A DNA stretch of 64,000 nt from positions 12,276,001 to 12,340,000 of the forward strand of contig OX597814.1 of NCBI GenBank assembly GCA_951406725.2, in the 5' to 3' direction. This stretch comes from Octopus vulgaris (Eukaryota). The position numbers were made by a program, and so were the translations under genes. This document shows positions 26,006 through 39,694 of the stretch, one piece after another (position 1 is the first letter of the stretch; every line of letters begins with the position of its first letter). Below the pieces are notes generated by a model. That model was not told where the DNA came from. It ran no database searches and was given only the letters and a program-made list of their open reading frames with translations.

Positions 26006-27399
26006 TTTTTTGCGTGTATGTGTGTGTGTGAATGTGTGTGTGTTATGTATAAAAATTACACATTTGGAACGCAATCATTAAAATTCTATATTTAAAAGTT
26101 GTATCTTCGACATGGCTAGTACGCAGTTTTAATTCCATGGGGGATTGATTATGAGTTATTGTTTATATTAGAAGTTGCTTATTTTTCTAAAATATTCAGA
26201 TGTTATGCTCTATAGTTAGGAGAGTTAATTCATGTATTTGGACTCTTTGATAGCGTAATTAAATTTCATTTTCATTCTCGACTAAAAAAAAAAAAAGAAC
26301 AGAATTGATATTTTCTGCTTGTGTAATACATTTCCAGTATTTTCTGTACTTATGATTCTCATATCCAGCTCTAAAAGTATTTGTTAATTGCTCTGTAAAG
26401 AAATATTTGATGACATATGTGAAAAAAAAAATCTGAAAAATTGCCTTTTGTGTAAAGTGCTATTAGGGGATGTCACTGCCTCTCGCAGCATTTGTCTTTC
26501 CAAAGACGTGAGGGTAAAACGGCGCTCTGTAGTTAATGACAATAAAATTTTGAGCGCATATCAAGAATTAATTAATATATTTTAGGTATTACAAAAATTA
26601 ATTGTACAAATCAGAGAGCATAATACTTAAGTATCATTAGCAAATTTTAGCGTTAAGTAACGCAAGAATAACTTATTTTCTATCCTCCAAAGTATGTGAA
26701 AACACGTGCTTACATTTCAATATATGAGTTTTTTAAATGAGGTATTTTAGTAAAAGCATTATTCCCATAACTACTGTCAAATTATATTTGTGAGAAATAT
26801 AATGATCTCCCAGTCACGATACAGATACAGGTGCACTTTTAAATAAATATGATCTTTTGTCAGTCTATATATAAAAATACAAATATGAAGCATTGAAGTA
26901 TAGTAGTAAAGATGAAGACGATGACAAGAAATACGATGATCTGAGATTCACCATTCTTCAAATATCAACCAATATCTAATAGAGATAATTATCTGTAATG
27001 TAAGGGAGATTTCGGTGATGTATAGCTCGAACAAGTCTAGTTGGAACTGGAATTGTTCGAGACAGGCAAAGGAGAGGTTGTTAATGAAAGCAATACAAAG
27101 ATATTACAATTAAATAAAACAAGCATATGCTGATGATGTGAGTTGTTATCAATACCAACTCACTCAAAAATGTTGACAGGAACTTCAGGTGTATGAGGCG
27201 GTAATACAAGTAATACTAGGTATGTTCTAATCCAACCTAGCCAGTGATTTGTTACCTGAATGTGAGCGAGAACAAAAAGATTTTTCTGTCCTATCATATC
27301 TTGGTTTAATTATTTTGGTTTGTACTATATTTTTAGTTCTATTTATGTAATTATTTACGTGAGATGTAAATAATCACAGGATGTAATTATTTTCGTGAG

Positions 27400-28120
27400 A
27401 AAATTCAAGAGTTGTTCTTGATATTCGTTGACCTTACTAAGGATTTCGACACTGTTAACCGGCAAGCACTATGGAAAGTTCTGAAAAAGCTTGGTATATC
27501 TGACAAGATGTTGAATGTTATCATCTCCTTTCATGTGGGAATGAAGGCTGCTCTCGTGTCCGGTGGGGTTTCTTCGGCTTCCTTTGACGTTAGAAACGGC
27601 ACAAAGCAAGGCTATGTTATAGCTTCTGTTTTGTTTGTACTCTTCTTTTCAGTGATGCTGAGGCATGCATTTGGCGATATACAAAGTGGTGTCAAATCCC
27701 AGTCCCGATCAAGTGGTGCACTATTCAATCATCAGCGTTTCAAAGCCAGAAACTACTACGCACCAGTATCATTCGTGATCTATTTTTGCAGATGATGCTG
27801 CACTAGCAGCGATCACTTTAGAAAAAGCTCAGGAACTTCTAGACCGGTTTTCTGCGGCATGCAAAGCCTTTGGTTTGACCATCAGCATAAAGAAGACAGA
27901 AGTAATCTACCAACCTTACCCTACTCTTAAACAAGCAGATGCCACCGGTTCAGAATTTTCCTGACACTCCAATACAGGTTGATGAGAAAAGCCTAAATTA
28001 CGTGAAGTCATCTACATATCTTGGTAGTAAAGTGAATTTGAGCGCTTCCATTGATGATGAAATCGTCACCCATCTTGCAAAGTCAGCCAAGGCATTTCGC
28101 CTATGGAATGAAAGGGACAT
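27400..28120 (+). pseudogene. RTE-clade (BovB-like) LINE reverse transcriptase fragment, frameshifted
   Basis: FVDLTKDFDTVNRQALWKVL, GTKQG, FFADDAAL, FGLTISIKKTEV, TYLGS. Confidence 0.88.
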
Positions 28121-28134
28121 TTAACCCTAACCCT

Positions 28135-28215
28135 AAAGTTACAGGGCATAAACACACCAGCATCGGTTGTCAAGTGATGTTGGGGGGACAAACACAAACA
28201 CACAAACATATACAC

Positions 28216-28307
<92 letters not shown>

Positions 28308-28441
28308 GACGGGCTTCTTTCAGTTTCCCTCTACCAAATCCACTCACAAGGCTTTGGTCGCCCCGAGGCTATAGTAGAAGACACTTGCCTAAGGTGCCAC
28401 GCAGTGAGACTGAACCCAGAACCACGTGGTTGGTAAGCAAG

Positions 28442-28443
<2 letters not shown>
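28135..28443 (-). mobile_element. SINE family B, truncated
   Basis: Homology to family B. Confidence 0.82.
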
Positions 28444-28481
<38 letters not shown>

Positions 28482-28985
28482 GCACACACTCACACACATA
28501 GACACTCACATACATATACACACACTGAAAGACATATTTCGGTGTGTTAAGTCGACAAGTTATAACCTCACACCATGAAGCAAATTTTTGTTGTAAACAA
28601 TATGGCAAATGACTCCATGCACTCATTTAAATTGCTTGAATAGATTCACTATTGCAAGAATCTAGATTTGTCATTGTTATTTAGTTGCTTAGTTTCGTAT
28701 TTTGAAATAGAAGTAGCCAAAACACAAATAGCTAGAAGAAATAAAATAAAACAAATGCCGACAGAAATAATAACAACGGCAACAACAGCAACATCATCAG
28801 CGACAGTAACAACAAAAACGGCAACAACAACAATAATAATAAATAATGATAGTACTAACACGCAACTACATAACTTGGTAAACAAGCCTTCGCATTATCA
28901 GTACACACGCGCGCTCACACTCAAACGCACACATGCACATACATGCACGCACGGACACACATACACACACATGTATGTATACACA

Positions 28986-29202
28986 TGACGGAGTGCCGAA
29001 AACTTTCTGGTTTCGGGTAAAATAAAAATACGCGAGGATCCGTTCATTATGATTTTATTCAACATATTCTCTTCTCTGATTCCCACGCTTATTGTAGCGA
29101 CCCTTTAGTTTTTCTAACCCCTGTAAAAGTACTCGGCATGTTGGGCTTCCAACCAGGCCTTTCGTGATACCCTTAAAGTCAGGAACTTCTCAGCATCGTC
29201 CC

Positions 29203-29205
<3 letters not shown>
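28986..29205. mobile_element. Mariner-type MITE of about 220 bp
   Basis: Imperfect TIRs GTGCCGAAAACTTTCTGGTTT and AAAGTCAGGAACTTCTCAGCATC, ending CGTA next to TA. Confidence 0.55.
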
Positions 29206-29236
<31 letters not shown>

Positions 29237-29240
<4 letters not shown>

Positions 29241-29462
29241 TTTACTACCCACAAGGGGCTAAACACAGAGAGGACAAACAAGGACAGACAAACGGATGAA
29301 GTCGATTATATCGACCCCAGTGTGTAACTGGTACTTAATTTATCGATCCCAGAAGGATGAAAGGCAAAGTCAACCTCGGCGGAATTTGAACTCAGAACGT
29401 AACAGCAGACGAAATACCGCTAAGCATTTCGCCCGGCGTGCTAACGTTTCTACCAGCTCGCC
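29237..29462 (-). mobile_element. SINE family A monomer in (TA)n
   Basis: Full head to tail. Confidence 0.9.
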
Positions 29463-29707
29463 TATATATATATATGCTTCACAATTTTTGACACAGTCAA
29501 AAATTGTGAAGCATGACTGTCACCACTACTACATGAACCTGAAGATTGCAGAATTTAATGCATGAAAGTACAAGTTCAATCAGAATGAACATTCAGCATT
29601 CTATTATTTTATTTTATTATATTATATTATATTATATTATATTATCTTATATCATTATAAGATTGTAAATAAAACGTGAAAACCAGACAAGGTTGGAATT
29701 CATTTTA

Positions 29708-29773
<66 letters not shown>

Positions 29774-29895
29774 TGAGTGAACAAACACAAGAAAAGAAAT
29801 TCAACACATCTATTGGAAGTTACATGTATTATTCAAAAGTGTTGGATTCGGATTCCGTTCTACTTCAACTTTCGAAGTCCCTAACAAGCTATATA

Positions 29896-31124
29896 TTGGG
29901 TTCGTCTGTGTGAAATAAAAGTAATTTTTTCCGTACAAAGAATGAACTTTATGCAGTTACAGTTTTCAGACAACTTCATGATTCCGCGCTTATAGTAATT
30001 TTGGTCATTATCAGCTAAAAACTGAAGCAAGTGCGATTTCAGATCATCATCAGTATTGAAAGTTTTACCATTCAAGGAATTTTGCAAATTTTGAAATAAT
30101 TGGTAATCTGATGGTGCAAGGTCAGGGCTATATGGTGGATGTAACATCATTTCCAAACCAAGTCCCAATAATTTTTCACGAGCAAAGATGTGTGTAGTCT
30201 AGCGTTGTCGTGGTGGAACACAATTCCTTTACGATTTGCCACTTCTAGCCCTTTTTTCTTTGATTGCTTCCTCCAGTTTTATTAGTTGTCGATAGTAAAC
30301 ACCTGAATTGGTCGTTTGGTTCCTTGGAAGCAGCTCAAAATACACAACACCTTTGTAACCCCACCAAATTGACAGTATGATCTATTTTTGATGCAATTCA
30401 GCTTTCGATGTTGATCGTACTGGTTCATTATGCTTGGACTATGATCGTTTTCGATTGATGTTATTGTAGGCAATCCCCTTTTCATTATCAGTGATGACTC
30501 GCTTCAAAAGAGCTTGATTTCATTGCGTTTGAGATGCATATCGCCAATATAGATTCGTTGTGTTAAGTGAATCGTTTTTCAATTTATGTGGAACCCAAAT
30601 ATCGAGCTTCTTAACGAATCCAAGACATTTTATGTGATTTTCAATTGTTATGTGTGATACATTTAACCTCTCTCCAATCTCTCGCTCAGTTATATGACAA
30701 TCAGATTCAATTATGGCTTTGATTCGGTCATCATCAACTTCAGTAGGTCGACCAGAACGTTGGTCATCTTTGAGTGAAAAAATCTCCAGAACGAAATTTT
30801 AAAAACCATTTCTGACATGTGCATTCTGTTAAGCAACCAACACCGTAAACTTCACATATCTCTTTGTGAGCCCCAACAGCTTTCTTGCCGTTACGGATTT
30901 ATAAAAAAGCAAAATATGGCGAAATTGTTCGTTTTTGCACTCCATGTTAAAATCGACACTGAACTACCAGCCGTGAACAAAATTACGCGGAATTCGCTTC
31001 TGAAATAAGCTAAAAGTAACGGCTATCAAATATCAAGAGGCAAAATATCAAACATTGACAGAAGTCATTAAAGAAAACCGTAACTCTAATTGTGAGAAAC
31101 GAAATTACTTTCTTGCCAACCCAA
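29896..31124 (-). mobile_element. Near full-length decayed mariner (DD34D) transposon
   Basis: HPPYSPDLAPSDYQLFQNLQNSLNGK motif; ends TA-TTGGGTT...AAAGTAATT and AATTACTTTCTTGCCAACCCAA-TA; about 1.23 kb. Confidence 0.88.
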
Positions 31125-31134
31125 TATATATATA

Positions 31135-31364
31135 TATTTCTTTACTACCTACAAAGGGCTAAACACAGAGGGGACAAACAAGGAGAGACAAACGGATTAA
31201 GTCGATTATATCGGCCCCAGTGCGCAACTGGTACTTAATTTATCGACCCCGAAAGGATGAAAGGCAAAGTCGACCTCGACGAAATTTGAACTCAGAACGT
31301 AACGGCAGATATGAAATACAGCTACGCATTTCGCCCGACGTGCTAACGTTTCTGCCAGCTCGCC
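31135..31364 (-). mobile_element. SINE family A whose TSD copies the mariner TIR end
   Basis: GCCAACCCAATATATA occurs at about 31116 and 31362. Confidence 0.88.
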
Positions 31365-31367
31365 AAC

Positions 31368-31448
<81 letters not shown>

Positions 31449-31449
31449 T

Positions 31450-32140
31450 GTATGCTTGTGTGTATACTCTCCTCTTCACTTCTCTGTAGCGATCATAAGC
31501 CTCTCCATTGCCTTTCTACAACCACTCTTCAAAGGCCCTTTTCTTATCTGCCACCGCATCCCTTACCTGTTCATTCCACCACTCACTAACTTTCCGTACA
31601 CCCATTCCAACTACTCATGTACTACATACCTCAGAGGCACATCTCAATACTGCCTCTCTAAAAGCTTCCCACTCCTCCACATCTACCTCCCGTTTCTTAA
31701 CCTGTTCATAATCCCCTCTCAGTTTCTCTACATACGCCTGCTCCTTCTCTACCTATCCAGTGCACTCACCTTCACAACCTTTCTCCTCCATGTCACTTGT
31801 CAAGCATTCCATTTTGAGCATACCTTCAACTTACCCTGTACTAAGAAGTGTTCTGACACTCCTCCACCTTCACCTCTCATTACATACACATCAACCAACC
31901 TTCCTACCACTCTCTTATCCATTAATATATAGTCCATCAAGACCCTATCCACTACTATTTCTCCCTCTACCCTCCACCACGTGAACTTATACTTTTCCCA
32001 CCTTTTGAAAAGACTATTCCCCACCTCCATCTCCTGCTCCATACACATTTCCAACAACCACCTCCCACTCTCATTCCAACTAGGAACTTCATATTTTCCT
32101 ACTACATTTTCTACTACCTCATTTCCTACACGTGCATGAC
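31450..32140 (-). pseudogene. LINE APE endonuclease fragment (RTE-like)
   Basis: ARVGNEVVENVVGKY..NESGRWLLEMC...NSLFK...FTW...MDYIL...SEHFLV. Confidence 0.85.
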
Positions 32141-32145
32141 CTCGT

Positions 32146-32338
32146 GTGTACCGTTGGCGATTTTTTTCCCTCTGTCTTCCCTTCTCTGGATCTTTCATTC
32201 TCCTATGTTTCCGACGAAGAGCTCCGCTCGCAACGTTAAACCCTCCTTCTTTCCTTCTTTCCTGAGCGTCCAATAATACTATATTTGTTCCACGTCCTCG
32301 CGTTGTTGTGTTTTTTTTGTGCTTTCTTGTTTGGATTA

Positions 32339-32340
<2 letters not shown>
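32146..32340 (+). mobile_element. Short pLTR-like module with a degenerate minimal hammerhead (32207-32241)
   Basis: GTTT-CCGACGA-A-GAGC-TCC-GCTC-GCAA-CG-TT-AAAC; abuts (TA)n. Confidence 0.55.
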
Positions 32341-32421
<81 letters not shown>

Positions 32422-33002
32422 TTTTTATATAAAAATAAAACATTTACATTAAACTGTCGACTTGAAAGTTTCGACTGGCTCAGCCTTCCTCAAATTAACC
32501 AAAACTTCGATGTTACTATTAATATTTTTGTAGTTAAAGGATAATGTATACAGCGCTCACTTGCAGCAGAGGATGCCTTGGTGTCAGTGTACGAGATGGT
32601 TTCTCAAATGCTGTTTGTTGCTCATATATTCACGAGTGAAGTCATGTCTTCGATAGCTCTAGACATTATGCAGTGTAATATCGGTTTCAAATTTTAGTAC
32701 AAGGCCAGCAATTACAGGGGTAGTGGGTCCAGTGCTCTACTGGCACTATCGACCCCTTTATATGCCGATCCTGAATGATGAAAGTTTTTTGGTTTCTGTA
32801 GGACTTGAACTCAAGACGCACAGACCAAGACTAAAATCATAGCTTATATTAAGAAACGCCGTAATAGCTCTGACAATCCCCTGTATTACATAGCACACGC
32901 ACACACACAAACACGCACATGTATATACATGTATGTACACATATGTATATATAAGTATATACACACCGACCTACATATATATTTATATATATGTATATGT
33001 AT

Positions 33003-33035
<33 letters not shown>

Positions 33036-33051
33036 CATAAATATATGCACA

Positions 33052-33568
33052 TACTCTTTTACTCTTTTACTTGTTTCAGTCATTTGACTGCGGCCATGCT
33101 GGAGTACCACCTTTAATTGAAGCTGTTATATAGTTATAATAATTATTCTCCTGTCTATGTTATACTCTTTTACTCTTTTACTTGTTTCAGTCATTTGACT
33201 GCGGCCATGCTGGAGCACCGCCTTTAATCGAGCAACTCGACCCCGGGACTTATTCTTTGTAAGCCCAGTACTTATTCTACCAGTCTCTTCTGCCGAACCG
33301 CTAAGTGATGGGGACATAAACACACCAGCATCGGTTGTCAAGCAATGCTAGGGGGACAAACACATACACACACAAACATACACGCACGCAAATATATATA
33401 CATATATACGACGGGCTTCTTTCAGTTTCCGTCTACCAAATCCACTCACAAGGCTTTGGTCGGCCCGGGGCTATAGCAGAAGACACTTGCCCAAAATGCC
33501 ACGCAGTGAGACTGAACCCGGAACCATGTGGTTGGTTAGCAAGCTACTTACCTCACAGCCACTCCTAA
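33052..33568 (-). mobile_element. SINE family B (33163-33568) preceded by a duplicate of its 3' end (33052-33120)
   Basis: TACTCTTTTACTCTTTTACTTGTTTCAGTCATTTGACTGCGGCC occurs twice. Confidence 0.88.
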
Positions 33569-34487
33569 TATTTATATAATACATATATATGAATGTATGA
33601 CTGTGTATAAATATATATGCGCATATATGTATATCTAAGTATATATAAGTGTATATATATATGTATATATATTTATATATATGCATATGTAAGCATAAAT
33701 ATAAGAGTGTGTGTATATGTATGTGCGCGCGCGCGATGAATGTTTATATTTGGGCATGAGTTTATTTATCACTAAGATTTACGGCATTCAACGAATCCCC
33801 TTAATACTGAAATTTAAGAATGGAAGTGAACAACAGGAATTTTCCAGGCTAAAAAACGTTACGTCATTTCGTAAAGTTAGATTTGTCGAAATGAATGTAC
33901 AATAGAAATTTGTTTGACATTTACAGATGTTGCAACAGATTTCCCTGCTTACATACATACATATATACGTACATACATTGCTGTTATGGGTAGCGTGATA
34001 CAAGGGTATTTGTATTAAATTATATGTTAGGGCGGTATCCCTTCATATAGAAATGGCAATCCCGATACCGGAGCGGGTATATTTAATATTGGTCCCAAGT
34101 TGTGTTTATTTTGTGTAGTAAAATAGTAAGCTTCGCGGGTGTATATAAATGTCTATTTGCCTTTTCCATGTCATGAGCTTTTTATTATTTTCTTCATTTT
34201 ATACACTCTTATACTCTTCTTTTGACATTTTTCTAGTTCGGATCAATTTTTGTCACAACTTCGTAGGTTGCTCTCCGAGTCTGTTTCTGTCTGTCTGTCC
34301 ATCTGTCTCTCTATTTTTCACTGGCATTTTCTATCTCAGGCTCTTTCTACGAGTCTTTGTTTATGACCATCTCTATTATTATCAACTCACACTCTCATAC
34401 AATTATATATTCTCACAAATGCACACGCAGAAATGTAATATAGTGCACACGCACCAATGTAATAATGTGTCAAGCTGTATCGGTCCT

Positions 34488-34640
34488 TGTCTTTCCATTG
34501 AACAACATCGATAGCGTGGAGAGGGGAGGCTGGAATGCATGGGCAACTGCTGGTCTTCCATAAAAAACAACCTTGCTCGGACTTGTGCCTCAGAGGGTAA
34601 CTTTCTAGGTGCAATCCCATGGTGATCGAAGGGGGTCATA
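34488..34640 (+). mobile_element. Probable 3' portion of a further SINE family
   Basis: GC-rich GTGGAGAGGGGAGGCTGG...CTGCTGGTCTTCCAT segment ending at (CA)n; family not confirmed. Confidence 0.4.
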
Positions 34641-34690
34641 CACATACACACACACATACATGTATACACACGCACACTCACTCACACACA

Positions 34691-34760
<70 letters not shown>

Positions 34761-36034
34761 CATATACCCACACATATTAAAGGTTCCTTTTATATTTGAG
34801 TTATCAAAAAAAACTTTAAGTTGAAGGGTTACTCAATGCTTTTTGTAGAGTACATATGTATTTTACTTTCACAAGAAAAGGGATGACTGTTACTCCTTTT
34901 CCCATAACACTATAAATATATACTACTTTATTTATATTATGTGTTGGCGGCGGATGTAAAGGTCATTCGTATCTTGACTTTCTGGACGAGATAGTTTCAC
35001 ATACAGAAATAACTAAACGTCATAGATAGCACCTCTTACTATTTTAATAAAGGTAGGACGTATTGGGTATATTCCCTAAAAACACTAATAAAAAAAGTTA
35101 AATGAGTTATGGTAGAAAAAAACATTGATCAAAAGCCTAGTGACTTAGTAAGGACACTACGCTAAAAAACAGCAACTATATAGAACCGGTTTTGCATTAT
35201 GGAAGGGAGATTACAAAGTTCTTCACTAAAACAGCTATTCAAGCCAATTGTAGGTGAGTTCTCAAAATTAAAAAAAGATATAGAACTTCAAATTATAAAC
35301 AAGATAGTGCTATTTACCAAAGAGAAGTCTATACAATATGTTAGAGATGTTTTAAATATTTCCATATAAATAAACTATTAAAGCTGCGTGTACAGTTTGG
35401 ATTTGAGGTCTATCAATTAACGATATATGTAGGCAATATAACTAACATTGTGTAAAACATGTTTCCCATTAAAAAATCCGACAGTTGTGCGAACCATATC
35501 AAAGTCAGTATCGACATTGATGCAATTACATCGTCGAAGAAACATTTGAGTCATTTAAGAAAGCATAAAATCTGTTATATTCGTTTTGGCTTAGATTTTG
35601 AGGTGTCAAATGTTTGGAGTACATCTGCAACTTGGTCACGATACAATTCCGCTTAGTTGCAGTGGAACTGTATCGTGAAAATGTCGCATATGTGTGACGA
35701 AAACTTGACACCTCGAGAAATAGGCGAATGATTAATATAACAGATTTGTATGTTCTTAAATGTCTAAGATTGCTCTTCCATGAATGCATCAAGCGATATA
35801 TATATATATATATATATATATGTCTGCGCATTTGCATGTATGTATATCCATCAGTCTATCTATGTGTAATATATAGATTTCATTATTGAAAGGTGCTAAG
35901 TTTATGATTCAGCAACCAAGAAATATATCAAGATAAGGATTTTGACTTACTTTTAATATATCACCCTATCCTTCTCCCACCGTCTGTCTAGACACACATA
36001 CGTATATATGTGTGTGTGTATGTGTGTGTATGCG

Positions 36035-36079
<45 letters not shown>

Positions 36080-36150
36080 TGCATGTACGTGTGTATCATA
36101 TCATAGACAGATATCAAGGATTATATATATATATATATATATTTATTAGA

Positions 36151-36264
36151 GGCCTACCGTTGTTTCGGACATGTGTTCAGTTGGGTTCTTGGTCCATTCA
36201 TATCAATCGATCGATCGACTGAAAATATAAGGAACCGCCATCCTAAGGCATCTTTCTCAGAGCC
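36151..36264 (-). ncRNA. Degenerate type I hammerhead motif
   Basis: Minus strand GGCT-CTGAGAA-AGATG...CATGTCC-GAAA-CAACGG-TA-GGCC, adjacent to (TA)n. Confidence 0.5.
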
Positions 36265-36579
36265 ACAACAAGCAAACTGCCAAACGATAGGAAGGAAATT
36301 GGTTAATATGGGATTATTAAAAAAATAGGTCATCAAATTGTTTGTGTAATTCTACAGGGATCAGGCTTTGTAGGGCGAATAGAAGTGACAAGTATTTAGG
36401 GATAAATAAGTAAAGAAATCTGATGCCCAACTAATTCGTTTTATGTGTGTGTGTGTGTGTGTATTTATGTATTTTTGTGTATGTGTATGTATTTAGGTAT
36501 ACATAAATTTGTATGCATATATATATATATATGCATGCACGTATATGTACGTATGTATGCGTGTATGTATGTATGTATG

Positions 36580-36621
<42 letters not shown>

Positions 36622-37188
36622 CATATATGTGTGTGTGTAATCTTTACACGCATACGCACATATACACTCACTCACATGAATATGTATATCTGTATACTGG
36701 CGTACATGTTCACAGCAACTTGTCAGATCCGGAAGGGCATCGGATAGCACGGCTTGTGACATTTGTTCCGGTTCTGTGAAATCTCACTTCAAGTTCCACC
36801 AAATTCACATAAGCTATTTATCCGTATAGAGAAATATCAGTCAGAAATATCTCATTAACAGAATTATAGGATTACCGACGGTAAAGTTTTGGAGAGCTAT
36901 TCCGGTAATTTCGCGACCGTCATAGCGTTCTAATTCTTCTCAACAATTGAAATTCCATGGTATTAGCCTGCATAGAATGAAAGTCGACATCACAGTGAAC
37001 TGTATTAGTCTGCAATCAGTAAAATGTAGTGGCATCTCAACTCAGCAGTGACATCGTTACAGGAGCTTTAAATAAAGAAAGCTGGTCAACTAGGGGATAA
37101 CGGATAAATTTCGAAAGCATATGCTTGTGTGTGCATGTGTGTGGTTGCGTGAATGTATGTGTGAGTGTATGTATAGATGGATGGATGA

Positions 37189-37241
<53 letters not shown>

Positions 37242-37572
37242 GTTGCGGGAAGGACTGTTCTAACGAAGTCGCGTCTTGTCCCTACCTTCCAAACGCGGAG
37301 CAAATAAAACAGGGGACAACTGATGAAAGGAATGTTCTTTATGTTGCCTGTCTCGTTTCTCTGTTTGTTTCTTTCGTTGTTTAAAAAAAGTTCGTTTTCC
37401 ATTCTTTTGTTTTTTATGTTCTCGTTTCTCATTTTGTTCACGTCTTTTTGACGTCCTGCACCCATATATGCATGTATATATACATAGATATGTAGCCAGG
37501 TACATGTATGCGTGTATATATGCATATATATATATATATATTATTTATATTATATTATATTTTATATATATA

Positions 37573-38085
37573 CTAGCAGTATCGCCCGGCGTTGCTCGGG
37601 TTTGTAAGGGAAATAACTATATAAGCATTTTTAGAGAGTTACTTCCCTTATAGATGCCAATTCGGGCTTTCTTAGCCATTTCTGTTTTGGTGTCTTCAAG
37701 CCATGAAGTCGTTGTTCTAAAAGAACTCTGGTCTCCTTGACAACGCTTTACGACGTTGATTTCCTTACACTCCCTTCCCCACAGCTTCACGAGGGAGGGA
37801 AGAAGGGGAAGAAGCAAGCAGGTGCAGGTGTGACCATGGACGCCAACTCCGCCGCCATCGACACACGAAAAATTATGCATTAAAATGGAATAAGAAATGA
37901 TGTTAAATTATTTTTAAAACCGTAGACTCATCGTAGACGCGCGCTAATACTCAGACGGGCTCGATATGAATCACAACTATAAGATACCCGAATTTGGTTA
38001 AACTGCACCGCAAAATGTGGGAGTAGTTAGGAATCTAAATCGAAGGGGACAGACACTCACACAACTACAGTTTTATATATATAGA
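37573..38085 (-). mobile_element. Non-autonomous Helitron
   Basis: Minus strand starts TC(TATATATAT), ends with hairpin CCCGAGCAACGCCGGG and CTAG; inserted between A and T. Confidence 0.8.
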
Positions 38086-38133
38086 TATATATAGATATAT
38101 ATATGTGTGTGTGTGTGAATATATATATATATA

Positions 38134-38431
38134 TGGAGGCGCAATGGCCCAGTGGTTAGGGCAGCAGAATCACGGTTGTAGGATCGCGGTTTCGATTCCC
38201 AGACCGGGCTTTGTGAGTGTTTATTGAGCGAAAACACCTAAAACTCCACGAAGCTCCGGCAGGGGGGCGTGGCGGTCCCTGCTGTACTCTTTCGCCACAA
38301 CTTTCTCTCACTCTTTCTTCTGTTGGCCTGCTCACTTAGCCAGCGGTGTGGCGTCATTTGAAGGCTAAAACAATGCGCAACGCATTGTGACCAGCGATGT
38401 GGAGCAACATCTGATAGCCTGGTCGGTCACG

Positions 38432-38435
<4 letters not shown>
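38134..38435 (+). mobile_element. SINE family C with an alternative 3' tail
   Basis: First ~180 bp match 20886; the tail differs. Confidence 0.82.
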
Positions 38436-38497
<62 letters not shown>

Positions 38498-38511
38498 AAT
38501 GTGTATATCTA

Positions 38512-38950
38512 GGCGCAGGAGTGCATGTTTGGTAAGTAGCTTGATTACCAAACACACGGTTTCGGGTTCAGTTACAGCTTGGGCAAGTGTCTTCTACTAT
38601 AGCCTCTGGCCAACCAAAGCCTTGTGAGTGGACATGGTAGACGGAAACTGAAAGAAGCCCGTCGTATATATAAATGTATATATATATGTGTGTGTGTGTG
38701 TCTGTGTGTATGTGTGTGTGGAATGTGCTTGTTTGTCTATGTTTGTCCTCCCTCAAAATCTCGTGACAACCGATGCTGGTGCGTTTACGTCCCCGTAATT
38801 TAGTGGTTCAGCGCAAGAGACCGATAGAATAAGCACTAGGCCTACAAAGAATAAGTCCTGGGGTCGATTTGCTCGCCTAAAGGCGGTGCTCCAGCATGGC
38901 CACAGTCAAATGTCTGAAACAAAGTAAAAGAGTAAACAAGTAAAAGAATA
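38512..38950 (+). mobile_element. SINE family B
   Basis: Colinear with 54020-54432. Confidence 0.88.
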
Positions 38951-38963
38951 AAACAATATATAT

Positions 38964-38999
<36 letters not shown>

Positions 39000-39506
39000 C
39001 ACATATATAGATACGTAAAAGCCCATGTTTATATACATATATAGTTGCACATGTTCACACACAGACACATACACAGACACACACACATACATGTATATAT
39101 TTATTGTATATATATGTATATGTGTAGACCGATAAGTTAAGTAAACAGACGAAATTGCACAGTTTCTAGCTTCGTGCTATTCGTATAATGGCAACTACGA
39201 TACGACTTGTAACTCTACGCTATGCAATATGCCTAGGTAAGCATATCTATCTTCGCTGCAATATATACCTACATATAAACAAACATGAAACCTAGAAAGG
39301 CCCAAACACACATACCTCCTCATATATAGCACAAATGTACATTAATAATATATGTACATATAATGTATATATTTGTGTAATTGTGTTTTATGTTTCCACA
39401 AGTCTAAAGGGAAATATTCTTTGATAGATTTTAGATAAAAGGCTAAATGTTCAGCTGAGCTTCAAAAAACAGAAAGTGGAGACTACAAAATGGAAAATAT
39501 AAATAT

Positions 39507-39642
39507 TCAGGAAAGTATTAAATAGCGGAAAAGAGTGAAAATCATAGTACCGTAGGCTGCAGGTAGCAAGCCCGCTACGCATGTAAGACTCCAGGAGCTC
39601 CAAGAAAACCTGTGATAAAGAGAAATAGTAATAATAATAATC

Positions 39643-39693
<51 letters not shown>
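39507..39693 (+). mobile_element. 3' end of an R4/Dong-like LINE followed by (TAA)n
   Basis: GTAGGCTGCAGGTAGCAAGCCC...AAAACCTGTGATAAAGAG, shared with 41498-41569. Confidence 0.8.
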
Positions 39694-39694
<1 letters not shown>

